From Cupriavidus necator (GTDB lineage Bacteria; Pseudomonadota; Gammaproteobacteria; Burkholderiales; Burkholderiaceae): DNA of 32,000 nucleotides. Under the pieces are notes generated by a model. The model did not search any database. It had not been told where the DNA came from and saw only the letters and a list, made by a program, of their open reading frames with translations. Below, in pieces: positions 1-8,540 of this stretch. Numbering within the stretch: the stretch's first letter is position 1; every line of letters starts with the position of its first letter. The stretch spans positions 2,400,001 through 2,432,000 of the forward strand of contig NZ_CP066019.1 of the NCBI RefSeq assembly GCF_016127575.1. Direction: 5' to 3'. Position numbers and translations under genes: made by a program.

Positions 1-131
1 ACATGCTGCGCCCACGCGCTGCCGCCGACGCCAGCAAGGCTGGCCACCACGCCGCCGGCAACCAGCCCTTGCACGAAGCGGCGGCGGGGTAAATCGGGCA
101 GCACAAGGCGGGTACTGGGGTGGCGTCGCAT
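1..131 (-). CDS. copA: N-terminal ~43 codons of a Tat-exported protein, most likely copper-resistance multicopper oxidase (CopA/PcoA family); the gene runs off the left edge
   Basis: Hand translation of the minus strand from ATG at 131-129 gives MRRHPSTRLVLPDLPRRRFVQGLVAGGVVASLAGVGGSAWAQH. It carries a twin-arginine motif (RRRFVQG) followed by a hydrophobic h-region, and it is divergent from a heavy-metal RR/HK pair, as in cop loci. Only the signal peptide is visible, so the family call is an inference. Confidence 0.45.
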   Translation of the reverse strand, partial: MRRHPSTRLVLPDLPRRRFVQGLVAGGVVASLAGVGGSAWAQH

Positions 132-191
132 GTCATCAGTCCTGGTAGAAAGCATGCCAAGCGTAGCCAAGGCCACCCTACGCACGTCTGA

Positions 192-230
192 CCGGAACAT
201 GACATTGCGGTAATCTTCCGGTCATGTTGG
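192..230. promoter_or_regulatory. Candidate heavy-metal response-regulator operator ('cop box'-like) in the copA/copR divergent promoter region
   Basis: ATGACAttgcgGTAAT at 199-214 resembles the ATGACA/TGTCAT-type half sites recalled for CusR/CopR/PcoR boxes. A perfect 8-bp inverted repeat AACATGAC (196-203) / GTCATGTT (221-228) lies in the 165-bp intergenic region. Confidence 0.3.
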
Positions 231-296
231 CGCCCGCGTTGCCGGCGTAGAGTTGCCGGACCCTGCCCAAAGGGCCGATCGATCAAGGAAAGTGCT

Positions 297-992
297 GTGA
301 AACTGCTAGTGGTGGAGGACGAGTCCAAGACCGGCGAATACCTGCGCCAGGGGCTGACCGAGGCGGGCTTTGTCGTCGACCTGGTGGCCAACGGGCTGGA
401 CGGCCAGCATCTGGCGATGACCGAGCCCTATGACCTGGTCATCCTGGACGTGATGCTGCCGGACGTAGATGGCTGGCGCATCGTGCAGGCGCTGCGCGCG
501 GCGGAGATCGCCGTGCCGGTGCTGTTCCTGACCGCGCGCGACAGCGTGGCCGACCGCGTCAAGGGGCTGGAGCTGGGTGCGGACGACTACCTGGTCAAGC
601 CCTTCGCCTTTTCCGAGCTGCTCGCGCGGGTGCGCACGCTGCTGCGCCGGGGCACGGCGCAGATGGCGCTGGACCGCATCCAGGTGGCCGACCTGGTGCT
701 GGACCTGGGCCGCCGCCGGGCCACGCGCGCCGGGCGCCGCATCACGCTGACCAGCAAGGAGTTCGCCTTGCTGGAACTGCTGGCGCGCCGCCGCGGCGAA
801 GTGCTGCCGCGCTCCTTGATCGCCTCGCAGGTGTGGGACATGAACTTCGACAGCGACAGCAATGTCATCGACGTCGCCATCCGGCGCCTGCGCGCGAAGA
901 TCGACGATGAGTTCGAGCCCAAGCTGATCCAGACCGTGCGCGGCATGGGCTATGTGCTGGAAGCCCCCGAGGCAGCGGAGAACGCTGAATGA
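297..992 (+). CDS. copR: Heavy-metal (copper-type) OmpR-family response regulator
   Basis: GTG start. The receiver domain shows MKLLVVEDE...[15 protein letters not shown]...[23 protein letters not shown]. The winged-helix output shows [12 protein letters not shown]...VRGMGYVL. There is a 4-nt ATGA overlap with the downstream kinase. The cop assignment rests on the divergent Tat-signal neighbour. Confidence 0.88.
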   Translation: MKLLVVEDESKTGEYLRQGLTEAGFVVDLVANGLDGQHLAMTEPYDLVILDVMLPDVDGWRIVQALRAAEIAVPVLFLTARDSVADRVKGLELGADDYLVKPFAFSELLARVRTLLRRGTAQMALDRIQVADLVLDLGRRRATRAGRRITLTSKEFALLELLARRRGEVLPRSLIASQVWDMNFDSDSNVIDVAIRRLRAKIDDEFEPKLIQTVRGMGYVLEAPEAAENAE

Positions 993-2368
993 AGGTCCGG
1001 ATGTCGCTGACGGCACGGCTCACCATCCTGTTCTCGCTGTCGTCGGCCGCGGTGCTGCTGGGGCTGGGCGTGCTGATCTGGCTGGCGATCGACAATCATT
1101 TCGCCGACGAGGACTACGCCGTGCTGGGCGACAACGTGCGGCTGATCCAGAAGATCGCGGGCGAAGGCCCGGCGGCGTCGCTGGCGCAACGACTGGGCCC
1201 GGTGCTGGAACACCATGCCGGATTCCTGGCCGAAGTGCGCGCCGCGGACGGCAAGCGCCTGTATGCCACGCAGGACTTCGACTTCGGCATGGCCCTGGCC
1301 GCCGCCGCGCAACTGCCGGCGCAGCGGCATGCCTTCACCTGGGAACAGGGTGGCCAGACCTACCGCGGCATGCGTGCGCTGGCGCAGGTGCCGCCCGGAC
1401 AGCCGGGGCCGCTGCAGGTCGTGGTCGGCATGGACACGGCACTGCATGCCCACTTCATGCACGCCTTCCGCCAGTCGCTGGCCTTCTACGCCGCGCTGGC
1501 CGCGCTGGCGAGCGGGCTGCTGGGCTGGTGGGCCGCGCGCCGCGGGCTCTCGCCATTGCGCACCATGGCCTCGCGCGCGCGCACTGTCACCGCGCACAAG
1601 CTCGACGAGCGCATGCCGGTCGATGCCGTGCCGGTGGAAATGGCCGACCTGGCCGCGACGCTCAACGCCATGCTGGAACGCCTGCAGCGCGATTTCGCGC
1701 GCCTGTCGGAGTTCTCATCGGACCTGGCGCACGAGCTGCGCACGCCGATCACCAACCTGATGACGCAAACCCAGGTGGTGCTGTCGCAGCCGCGCGATGC
1801 GGACAAGTACCGCGACGTGCTGGCGTCCAACGTGGAAGAGCTGCAGCGGCTGTCGCGCATGGTGTCGGACATGCTCTACCTGGCGAAGATGGAGCACGGC
1901 ATCACCCTGCCGAACGCCGAGCCGATCGAGGTCGCTGATGAGGTCGCTGCGCTGTTCGATTTCTACGATGCGTTGGCTGAGGACAAGGGTGTGCGCATGG
2001 CCGTGCGCGGCAGTGGCCGCATCACCGGAGACCGGCTGATGCTGCGGCGGGCGCTGAGCAACCTGCTGTCGAATGCGCTGCGGCATACGCCGGCGGGCAA
2101 GGGCATTGTGGTGGAGATCTTGCCCGCTGCCGAAGGGGTGACGGTGGTCGTCGAGAACGAAGGCGAGACCATCCGGCCTGAACTGCTGCCCTCGCTGTTT
2201 GACCGGTTCTTCCGCGCGGACAAGTCGCGGGCGCGGCCCGAGTCCGATGGTGCGGGGCTGGGGCTGGGGCTGGCGATCACGCAGGCGATTGTGGCTGCGC
2301 ATGGCGGGGGCATTGGAGTGGAGTCGGAGGGGGGGCGGACGCGCTTTGTCCTGACGTTCAGGGCGTAG
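989..2368 (+). CDS. copS: Heavy-metal sensor histidine kinase (CusS/CopS/CzcS family)
   Basis: It has two TM segments flanking a periplasmic loop. The H-box is [16 protein letters not shown], the N-box is [13 protein letters not shown], and the G-boxes are [21 protein letters not shown]. Its start is translationally coupled to copR (ATGA). Confidence 0.88.
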   Translation: MKVRMSLTARLTILFSLSSAAVLLGLGVLIWLAIDNHFADEDYAVLGDNVRLIQKIAGEGPAASLAQRLGPVLEHHAGFLAEVRAADGKRLYATQDFDFGMALAAAAQLPAQRHAFTWEQGGQTYRGMRALAQVPPGQPGPLQVVVGMDTALHAHFMHAFRQSLAFYAALAALASGLLGWWAARRGLSPLRTMASRARTVTAHKLDERMPVDAVPVEMADLAATLNAMLERLQRDFARLSEFSSDLAHELRTPITNLMTQTQVVLSQPRDADKYRDVLASNVEELQRLSRMVSDMLYLAKMEHGITLPNAEPIEVADEVAALFDFYDALAEDKGVRMAVRGSGRITGDRLMLRRALSNLLSNALRHTPAGKGIVVEILPAAEGVTVVVENEGETIRPELLPSLFDRFFRADKSRARPESDGAGLGLGLAITQAIVAAHGGGIGVESEGGRTRFVLTFRA

Positions 2369-3404
2369 GGAGTGAGGGAGACTGCGCCGTGCCAGCGCTG
2401 ATCGCATCCGCCGGCAACCCAGGCAGCATGGCGCGTATCGCGGGGACGAGCTCCCGCGTGAGCACCGTCCGCGTGATCCGGGCAATGTCTTCGGCAAGGT
2501 CGGACCATTCCGCCATTCGGCAAAGCAGGTAAAAATCGCGCTGGCCCAGCCGCGATGACGGGATCGGCACCAGCTCGACCTGATCCAGCCACACCCGCGA
2601 TTGCCAGAGGCAAAGGGGCGTGCTGACGGCCCACCCAAGTCCCGCAGCCACCAGGCTCAGCAGCGGATCGGTCGCATCGAACTCGAATCGACGTGCCGCT
2701 TCCACGCCGATGTGGCGCAGGTATCGCTCGACTTGCTGGCCGATGACCGAGCGCTGCGTGTACCGGATCAGCGGCAGATCGCCGACACGGTCGGCGAGGT
2801 CTTGCGCCTTGGACAACGGCAGTACATGGCTGCCTTTGGGAAATACGGCCACCCAGCTTTCGGAAAACAGAAGTCGCTGGGCAATGCGTGCTTCGGCTAC
2901 CGGCACTTCGGTGCAGATCGCCAGGTCCAGCTCCCGGCCCAGCAGCTGGGCATTCAGGCCCGGGGTCAGGCCAGACCATAGCTGCATTTGCCTGGCAGAC
3001 CCTGACAGCCCGCGAATCAACGCCGGCCCCAACGTCGCTGCAAAGGAGTCCACACAACCGAGCCGTATCTGGGCGTGGTCCAGCCGCACGCGCTTGCGCA
3101 ACTCCTCATCCACATGCCGGGCCTCGGCCAGCAGGCGGTCCGCCATCTCCAGCAGGATGTTCCCTGCGCGCGTGGGCCTGGCAGGCCGCACTTCCCTGTC
3201 GAACAGCTGGATCCCGTATTCGACTTCGAGTGAGCGGATCATCTGGCTGACCGCGCTTTGGCTGACGCCGAGCCCTTGTGCGGCAAGGGCCATGGAACCG
3301 GATTCACAGACAGCCATAAAGACCTGTAGCGCGTGCAGGTCGGGCACGCGCGCGCGGCGCCGAGTCGGGGAAATCGCGGAGGGCATGGGAGCGGACTTGG
3401 CCAT
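2358..3404 (-). CDS. LysR-family transcriptional regulator
   Basis: The N-terminal HTH is LHALQVFMAVCESGSMALAAQGLGVSQSAVSQMIRSLEVEYGIQLFDR, followed by a LysR substrate-binding fold of about 200 aa. It is divergent from the FAD oxidoreductase. An alternative ATG at 3386 is possible. Its 3' end overlaps the copS 3' end by 11 bp. Confidence 0.88.
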   Translation of the reverse strand: MAKSAPMPSAISPTRRRARVPDLHALQVFMAVCESGSMALAAQGLGVSQSAVSQMIRSLEVEYGIQLFDREVRPARPTRAGNILLEMADRLLAEARHVDEELRKRVRLDHAQIRLGCVDSFAATLGPALIRGLSGSARQMQLWSGLTPGLNAQLLGRELDLAICTEVPVAEARIAQRLLFSESWVAVFPKGSHVLPLSKAQDLADRVGDLPLIRYTQRSVIGQQVERYLRHIGVEAARRFEFDATDPLLSLVAAGLGWAVSTPLCLWQSRVWLDQVELVPIPSSRLGQRDFYLLCRMAEWSDLAEDIARITRTVLTRELVPAIRAMLPGLPADAISAGTAQSPSLPTP

Positions 3405-3435
3405 GGGCTTGCCTGCAACAGGGAGCGGTGTCGGC

Positions 3436-3490
3436 CACTATAACTTAAGCAAATCTAAATTTTTCTATAAATATCTCTTCAACTAAGGCT
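3436..3490. promoter_or_regulatory. AT-rich divergent promoter/operator region between the LysR gene and the FAD oxidoreductase
   Basis: There is a sharp AT island (ctataacttaagcaaatctaaatttttctataaatatctcttcaac) in otherwise GC-rich DNA. It contains a T-N11-A type dyad TTAagcaaatcTAA at 3445-3458 and TATAAA at 3466-3471. Confidence 0.4.
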
Positions 3491-3548
3491 CCGGGGCTGC
3501 CGTCGCTCCTAGGCTTGCATCCAGTTCTGATCCCACCAGGAAATCTCC

Positions 3549-4733
3549 ATGCAAAGCTACGACGCGATCGTTATCGGAGCCGGCGTGATCGGCAGTTCCG
3601 TCGCCTGCCATCTCGCCCGCCAGGGCTGCACTAACGTGCTCGTGCTCGAGCGCATGCAGATCGGTACAGGAACCACCTCCCAATCCAGCGGCATTCTGCG
3701 GACGCACTACTCGGTCATCGAGAACGTCCGGCTGGCGCAAGCGTCGTGGCAGGTGTTCAACGACTTTGCCGCTTACCTGGGCGACGAAGAGGCCTCCGCG
3801 GGCATGGTCAAGTGCGGCTACCTGATCGCCGCGCCGGATGGTCCCAGGCTGTCCCCGCTGCGTGCCTCGCTGGAAGCCCAGCAGGCACAGGGGATCGAAG
3901 TGCGGCTGCTCGATGCAAAGGAAGCGCAAAGCCTGCTTCCGATTGCCCGCTTCGACGACGCTGCGCTGATCGGCTACGAGCCGGAAGCCGGCTTTGCCGA
4001 CGCTTACCTGGTCGCCACCGGCTTTGCGCGGGCGGCACGCCGCCTCGGGGTCAGGATCCTCGAAGGCGTCGGAGTCGAACGGTTGTTGCTCGACGGCGGC
4101 AAAGTCGCCGGCGTTGAAACCTCGCGAGGAACCTTCCTCGCCGGCACCGTCATCAGCACCCAGAATATCTGGGCGACCGAAATCGAGCGCTGGACCGGCA
4201 TCGCCAGCCCGGTCGTCCCCGAGCGCCATGCCGTGCTGGCACTGGAAGCGGCATCGCCCTATACGTTCCAGATGCCGGTGTACAAGGACCTCGGCTCTCC
4301 CGGCATGCTGTATTGCCGCAGTTACGGCGGCAGGCAGATGCTGGTCAGCGAGGGCACCGTCGGTGAGACGCTGTCGTCGCCGGACAACGAGCAAGGCGAC
4401 ATCAGCATGAATTACATGGTCGAAGTCGGCGCGCAAGTCGCCGAGCGCTTCCCCACCTATGCGGACGCCGGGATTGCTTCGTCCTGGACCGGCGTCTACG
4501 ACGTGACGCCCGACTGGAACCCGGTGCTCGGGTGTCTGCCCGAGGTACCGGGTCTCGTGGTGGGTTACGGCTTCTCGGGCCACGGCTTCAAGCTGGCTCC
4601 CGCGGTCGGACGCGTGCTGGCCCAGGCAGCGCTGGGCATCGAGACCGAGATTGACATCGCCCCCTATTCCCTGGAGCGCTTCCGCAATGGTGCGCTGCTG
4701 ACTGGCAAGTACGGTCTCGGCGCGGTGTCCTGA
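3549..4733 (+). CDS. FAD-dependent oxidoreductase, DAO family (sarcosine-oxidase-beta / D-amino-acid-dehydrogenase-like)
   Basis: The N-terminal Rossmann dinucleotide motif is YDAIVIGAGVIGSSVACHLARQG. The C-terminal motif GYGFSGHGFKLAPAVG is typical of DAO enzymes. An RBS AGGAAA lies at 3537-3542. Confidence 0.85.
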   Translation: MQSYDAIVIGAGVIGSSVACHLARQGCTNVLVLERMQIGTGTTSQSSGILRTHYSVIENVRLAQASWQVFNDFAAYLGDEEASAGMVKCGYLIAAPDGPRLSPLRASLEAQQAQGIEVRLLDAKEAQSLLPIARFDDAALIGYEPEAGFADAYLVATGFARAARRLGVRILEGVGVERLLLDGGKVAGVETSRGTFLAGTVISTQNIWATEIERWTGIASPVVPERHAVLALEAASPYTFQMPVYKDLGSPGMLYCRSYGGRQMLVSEGTVGETLSSPDNEQGDISMNYMVEVGAQVAERFPTYADAGIASSWTGVYDVTPDWNPVLGCLPEVPGLVVGYGFSGHGFKLAPAVGRVLAQAALGIETEIDIAPYSLERFRNGALLTGKYGLGAVS

Positions 4734-4775
4734 GCCCGCGTTTGCAGTGCTGCCGATCCGGGTCGCAGGGCACCA

Positions 4776-5390
4776 TCACTCCCCTTGTCGCGGATAGATG
4801 GTGATGGACAGGAACCTGATCGGACACCTGGTCAGACCTACCGGGCCATGCGGTATCTCGCCGGCGAAGGTCAGGGAATCGCCGGGTTCGAGCGTATAGG
4901 TTTGCTGTCCGCAGCGATACTCGACCACGCCCTCCAGCATGTACAGGAATTCGGTGCCGGGGTGCTGGAAGGTCGGGTAGCGCTCGGTGTCGTCCTCGAT
5001 CGTGATCAGGAACGGCTCAAAGGCTTTCACGGGGCCCTGGTCATAGGCCAGCAGATGATAGGTATGACCGCTCCTGGTGCCGCGCCGCACCACCTCCATC
5101 CCCGCTCCATGCCTGACATGCTGCGCGGCAGCCGACGCGCCATCGTACTTGCTGAACAGCACCGCCATTGGCACGCCCAGCGCGCGGGCGATACGGGCAA
5201 GCGTATCCATGCCGGCCATGGTGCTGCCGGTCTCGATCTTCGACAGCATCCCGCGGCTCAGGCCTGCCTGTTCCGCGACCTGGGCAATCGTCAGCCTTTC
5301 CCGCAGCCGCAGTTCGCGAATGACCATGCCCACCGATTCCTCAATGTGGGGCACTTGGGCTTCAAAAGGGGGCTCGGCATGGGTCTTCAT
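4776..5390 (-). CDS. XRE-family HTH transcriptional regulator with C-terminal cupin domain
   Basis: The HTH_3 region is IRELRLRERLTIAQVAEQAGLSRGMLSKIETG. The cupin motif is FQHPGTEFLYMLEGVVEY...GDSLTFAGEIPHG. It is divergent from the GS-like operon. Confidence 0.85.
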   Translation of the reverse strand: MKTHAEPPFEAQVPHIEESVGMVIRELRLRERLTIAQVAEQAGLSRGMLSKIETGSTMAGMDTLARIARALGVPMAVLFSKYDGASAAAQHVRHGAGMEVVRRGTRSGHTYHLLAYDQGPVKAFEPFLITIEDDTERYPTFQHPGTEFLYMLEGVVEYRCGQQTYTLEPGDSLTFAGEIPHGPVGLTRCPIRFLSITIYPRQGE

Positions 5391-5406
5391 GTGGGTCTCT
5401 CAGTCA

Positions 5407-5434
5407 TTGACGCACCAGGAGGATGATTCATGAT
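5407..5434 (+). promoter_or_regulatory. Candidate sigma70 promoter of the GS-like/mgsABC-like operon
   Basis: TTGACG (5407-5412), a 16-nt spacer, then CATGAT (5429-5434). The -10 overlaps the left arm of the inverted repeat at 5422-5464. Confidence 0.35.
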
Positions 5435-5464
5435 GGGCACATTTGTTGCTCCACAGGAATCATC
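5422..5464. promoter_or_regulatory. Inverted repeat, candidate operator for the XRE-cupin regulator
   Basis: GATGATTC (5422-5429) and GAATCATC (5457-5464) are perfect reverse complements. They extend to 11/14 matches (GATGATTCaTGatG / GATGATTCcTGtgG) and are centred in the 150-bp divergent intergenic region. Confidence 0.3.
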
Positions 5465-5540
5465 GCAGATTTGCGTCCCAGTGAGCAAGTCATGCGCCTG
5501 GCGCTGCGAGGCGCATTCCAAAGTCGGAAGGAGCCGATCC

Positions 5541-6935
5541 ATGAAGTCAGAGTTGAGTGCGCATCTTGCGGCGCCAGCCGGGGCGCTGACCCCGGCTCCG
5601 CGGTTCAACACCGTCGAAGACGCTCAAGACTATCTGCTGGCGCGCGGCGTCAGCTACGTCCTCGCGCAGTTCGTCGATATCCACGGCGTCGCCAAGGCCA
5701 AATCGGTGCCAGTGGCGCATCTTGGCTCGGTCCTGGCAGAGGGTGCGGGCTTTGCCGGCTTTGCCATCTGGGGCGTCGGCATTGAACCGCATGGCCCGGA
5801 CTTCATGGCTCGCGGGGATCTCGATACCATCGGGCTGGTGCCATGGCAGCCGGGCCTGGCCCGGATCGTATGCGAAGGGCATGTCGATGGTGCGCCATGG
5901 CAGTACGACAGCCGGGTCGTCCTGAAGCGGCAGATCGCCAGGCTCTCGCAAGGTGGCTACACGCTTTATACCGGCCTCGAGCCTGAGTTTTCGCTGCTGC
6001 GCCGTGACGACAAAGGCGGCATCGGTCCGTGCGACCCGAGCGATACGCTGGCCAAGCCTTGCTACGACTACAAGGGGCTGTCGCGCACGCGTACTTTCCT
6101 GGAGCGTCTGTCCAACGGACTGCGCGCCGCGGGAATCGATGTCTACCAGATCGACCATGAAGACGCCAACGGGCAATTCGAACTGAATTACACCTTCACC
6201 GACTGCCTGACGTCTTGCGACCATTTCATCTTCTTCAAGATGGCGGCATCGGAAATCGCCAACGAGCTGGGCCTGGTGTGCTCCTTCATGCCGAAGCCGT
6301 TTGCAAACCGCCCCGGCAACGGCATGCATATGCACATGTCGATCGGCGATGGCCAGCGCAACCTGTTTGCTGACAAGAGCGACCCGCGCGGGCTGGACCT
6401 GTCCCAGCTGGCCTATCACTTCCTTGGCGGGCTGCTGGCCCATGCGCCGGCGCTCACGGCGCTTTGCGCGCCCACCGTCAATTCCTACAAGCGGCTCGTG
6501 GTGGGCCGTTCCCTCACCGGCGCCACCTGGGCTCCCGCGTATATCAGCTATGGCGACAACAATCGCTCGAGCATGATCCGCATCCCCAAGGGCCGGCTGG
6601 AACTGCGGCTGCCCGATGGCGCCGCCAACCCGTATCTCGCCACAGCGGCCGTGATTGCGGCGGGGCTTGACGGCATCGACCGGAAGCTCGATCCCGGCGC
6701 ACCGCGCAACACCAATCTCTATGAGTGGAGCGAGGCGCAGCTGGCCGAAGCCGGCATCGGCCTGCTACCCCAGAACCTTGGCAGCGCGCTGGATGCCCTC
6801 GAAGCCGATGCGCTGATAACCGAGGCACTGGGACCCGTTGCGCAAGAGTTCCTGAAGCTCAAGCGCATGGAGTGGCTCGAATATCAACGGCATGTCTCGG
6901 ACTGGGAAGTGAAGCAGTACCTGGAATTCTTTTGA
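5541..6935 (+). CDS. Glutamine synthetase family (type III-like) ligase; candidate gamma-glutamyl-amide synthetase (GmaS-like)
   Basis: The GS catalytic-domain motifs seen are [31 protein letters not shown] and [10 protein letters not shown] prefer ATG 5541, preceded by GGAAGGAG at 5526-5533, over the upstream ORF-track start at 5430. Confidence 0.85.
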   Translation: MKSELSAHLAAPAGALTPAPRFNTVEDAQDYLLARGVSYVLAQFVDIHGVAKAKSVPVAHLGSVLAEGAGFAGFAIWGVGIEPHGPDFMARGDLDTIGLVPWQPGLARIVCEGHVDGAPWQYDSRVVLKRQIARLSQGGYTLYTGLEPEFSLLRRDDKGGIGPCDPSDTLAKPCYDYKGLSRTRTFLERLSNGLRAAGIDVYQIDHEDANGQFELNYTFTDCLTSCDHFIFFKMAASEIANELGLVCSFMPKPFANRPGNGMHMHMSIGDGQRNLFADKSDPRGLDLSQLAYHFLGGLLAHAPALTALCAPTVNSYKRLVVGRSLTGATWAPAYISYGDNNRSSMIRIPKGRLELRLPDGAANPYLATAAVIAAGLDGIDRKLDPGAPRNTNLYEWSEAQLAEAGIGLLPQNLGSALDALEADALITEALGPVAQEFLKLKRMEWLEYQRHVSDWEVKQYLEFF

Positions 6936-6950
6936 AGAAGGAATCACGCT

Positions 6951-7859
6951 ATGTGCGGAATTGTTGCATTGTTAGTCAAGACATCTTCGCTGCGGGAAAA
7001 GCTTGGCGAGCTGATGGTGCCCATGCTGATCGGCATGACCGAGCGTGGCCCGGATTCAGCGGGATTGGCGGTGTTCTCGGCGCCTGTGGAAGAACGCCAC
7101 AGGAAGATCAGCGTCTATGCCGGCTACACCGATGACGGCGAACGCTATGACTGGAATCGCCTGGCCGACGCATTGAATGCGGCCCTCGACGTGCACGCAA
7201 CCGTGCAGGCACAGGGAAACCATGGCATCGTGACCTTCCGCGGCGAGCCAGAGCGCGTCAAGGACTGGATCGCCGCGAACGACCCCAAGCTGCATGTGTT
7301 CTCGACGGGCCGCAGCATCGACCTCTACAAGGACATCGGCACCCCGGCTGAAGTGGCAGCCCGTTACCGCTTCGCCGAACTCCAGGGCAGCCACCTCGTC
7401 GGCCATACCCGCATGGCCACCGAATCTGCCGTCACGCCCGATCGCGCACACCCGTTCACCGCCGGCGAGGACTTTTGCCTGGTGCATAACGGCTCCCTGT
7501 CGAATCCCAACGGCATCCGGCGCATGCTGGCGCCCCATGGCATCCACTTCGACACCGACAACGACACCGAGGCGGCAACGCGTTTCCTGGAATGGCGGCT
7601 GCGCGAAGGCGACACGCTAGAGCAGGCGCTGCAGGCAGGCTTTGATGTCCTGGATGGCTTCTACACCTTCCTGATGGGAACGCCCACGGAACTGGCGCTG
7701 ATCCGCGACCCCTTCGCCTGCAAGCCCGCGGTAGTGGCCGAAAGCGACGACTACGTCGCCATCGCGTCGGAATTCCGCTCGCTGGCCCACCTGCCCGGCG
7801 TCAGGCACGCCCATATTTTCGAACCAGCACCCGAGGAGATGTACGTATGGAAAGCGTGA
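6951..7859 (+). CDS. Class-II (Ntn) glutamine amidotransferase, GlxB/MgsA-like subunit
   Basis: It starts MCGIVAL, with a Cys2 nucleophile. GHTRMATES and LVHNGSLSN are typical of GATase-2. An RBS AAGGA lies upstream. It overlaps the next gene by 13 nt. Confidence 0.85.
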   Translation: MCGIVALLVKTSSLREKLGELMVPMLIGMTERGPDSAGLAVFSAPVEERHRKISVYAGYTDDGERYDWNRLADALNAALDVHATVQAQGNHGIVTFRGEPERVKDWIAANDPKLHVFSTGRSIDLYKDIGTPAEVAARYRFAELQGSHLVGHTRMATESAVTPDRAHPFTAGEDFCLVHNGSLSNPNGIRRMLAPHGIHFDTDNDTEAATRFLEWRLREGDTLEQALQAGFDVLDGFYTFLMGTPTELALIRDPFACKPAVVAESDDYVAIASEFRSLAHLPGVRHAHIFEPAPEEMYVWKA

Positions 7860-8539
7860 AGTTTGACCTCGCGGTCACGCCGCTGCGCGAAGTCAACCAG
7901 TACCTGCACAAGGACGTGCCTGCGCAAGGCGGCTTGCGCGTGCAGATCGACAACCCGAACGGCGCGCACGCGATCGCCGCCGGATTGAATGCGCCTGTCG
8001 ACGTGGTCATCGAAGGCCATGCCGGCTACTACGCCGCCGGGATGAATCAAGGCGCCACCGTGACCATCAACGGCAGCGCCGGAACCGGCGTCGCCGAGAA
8101 CATGATGAGCGGCAAGGTCCACGTCAAGGGCTTCGCCTCCAACGCCGCAGGCGCCACTGCCCACGGCGGGCTGCTGGTGATCGACGGCGATGCCGGCCTG
8201 CGTTGCGCGATTTCGCTGAAGGGCGCCGATATCGTCGTCGGCGGTTCCGTCGGAAGCTTCTCGGCGTTCATGGCGCAAGCGGGCAACCTGGTGGTGCTCG
8301 GCGACGCCGGCGAAGCGCTGGGCGACTCGCTCTACGAAGCCGCCATCTATGTGCGTGGCAAGGTGAAGAGCCTGGGCGCCGATTGCGAAGAGAAGACCAT
8401 GGGCCCGCGCGAACGCGTGGTGCTGGCCGGCCTGCTCCACCGCGCCGGCCATGTGGATATCGACCCGTCGTCGTTCAAGCTGTACGGGTCTGCCCGCACG
8501 CTCTACAACTTCCATGTCGATAACGCAGGAGCCTATTGA
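7847..8539 (+). CDS. GXGXG-motif protein (glutamate synthase alpha-subunit C-terminal-domain-like; GlxC/MgsB-like)
   Basis: It contains repeated beta-helix glycine motifs (GHAGYYAAGMNQGATVTINGSAGTGVAENMMSGKVHVKG...GDAG...VVGGSVGSF...VVLGDAGEALG). An RBS GAGGAG lies at 7833-7838. Confidence 0.85.
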   Translation: MESVKFDLAVTPLREVNQYLHKDVPAQGGLRVQIDNPNGAHAIAAGLNAPVDVVIEGHAGYYAAGMNQGATVTINGSAGTGVAENMMSGKVHVKGFASNAAGATAHGGLLVIDGDAGLRCAISLKGADIVVGGSVGSFSAFMAQAGNLVVLGDAGEALGDSLYEAAIYVRGKVKSLGADCEEKTMGPRERVVLAGLLHRAGHVDIDPSSFKLYGSARTLYNFHVDNAGAY

Positions 8540-8540
8540 T

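Noticed and set aside
5430-5540. The upstream extensions offered by the ORF track for the GS-like gene (5430), the FMN subunit (8451), the RR (15293), pelE (19360) and cspA (29233).
   Set aside because: The extensions lack family sequence and are Cys/Arg/Trp-rich. In each case an internal ATG with a good SD, or with coupling to the upstream stop, gives a canonical N-terminus.
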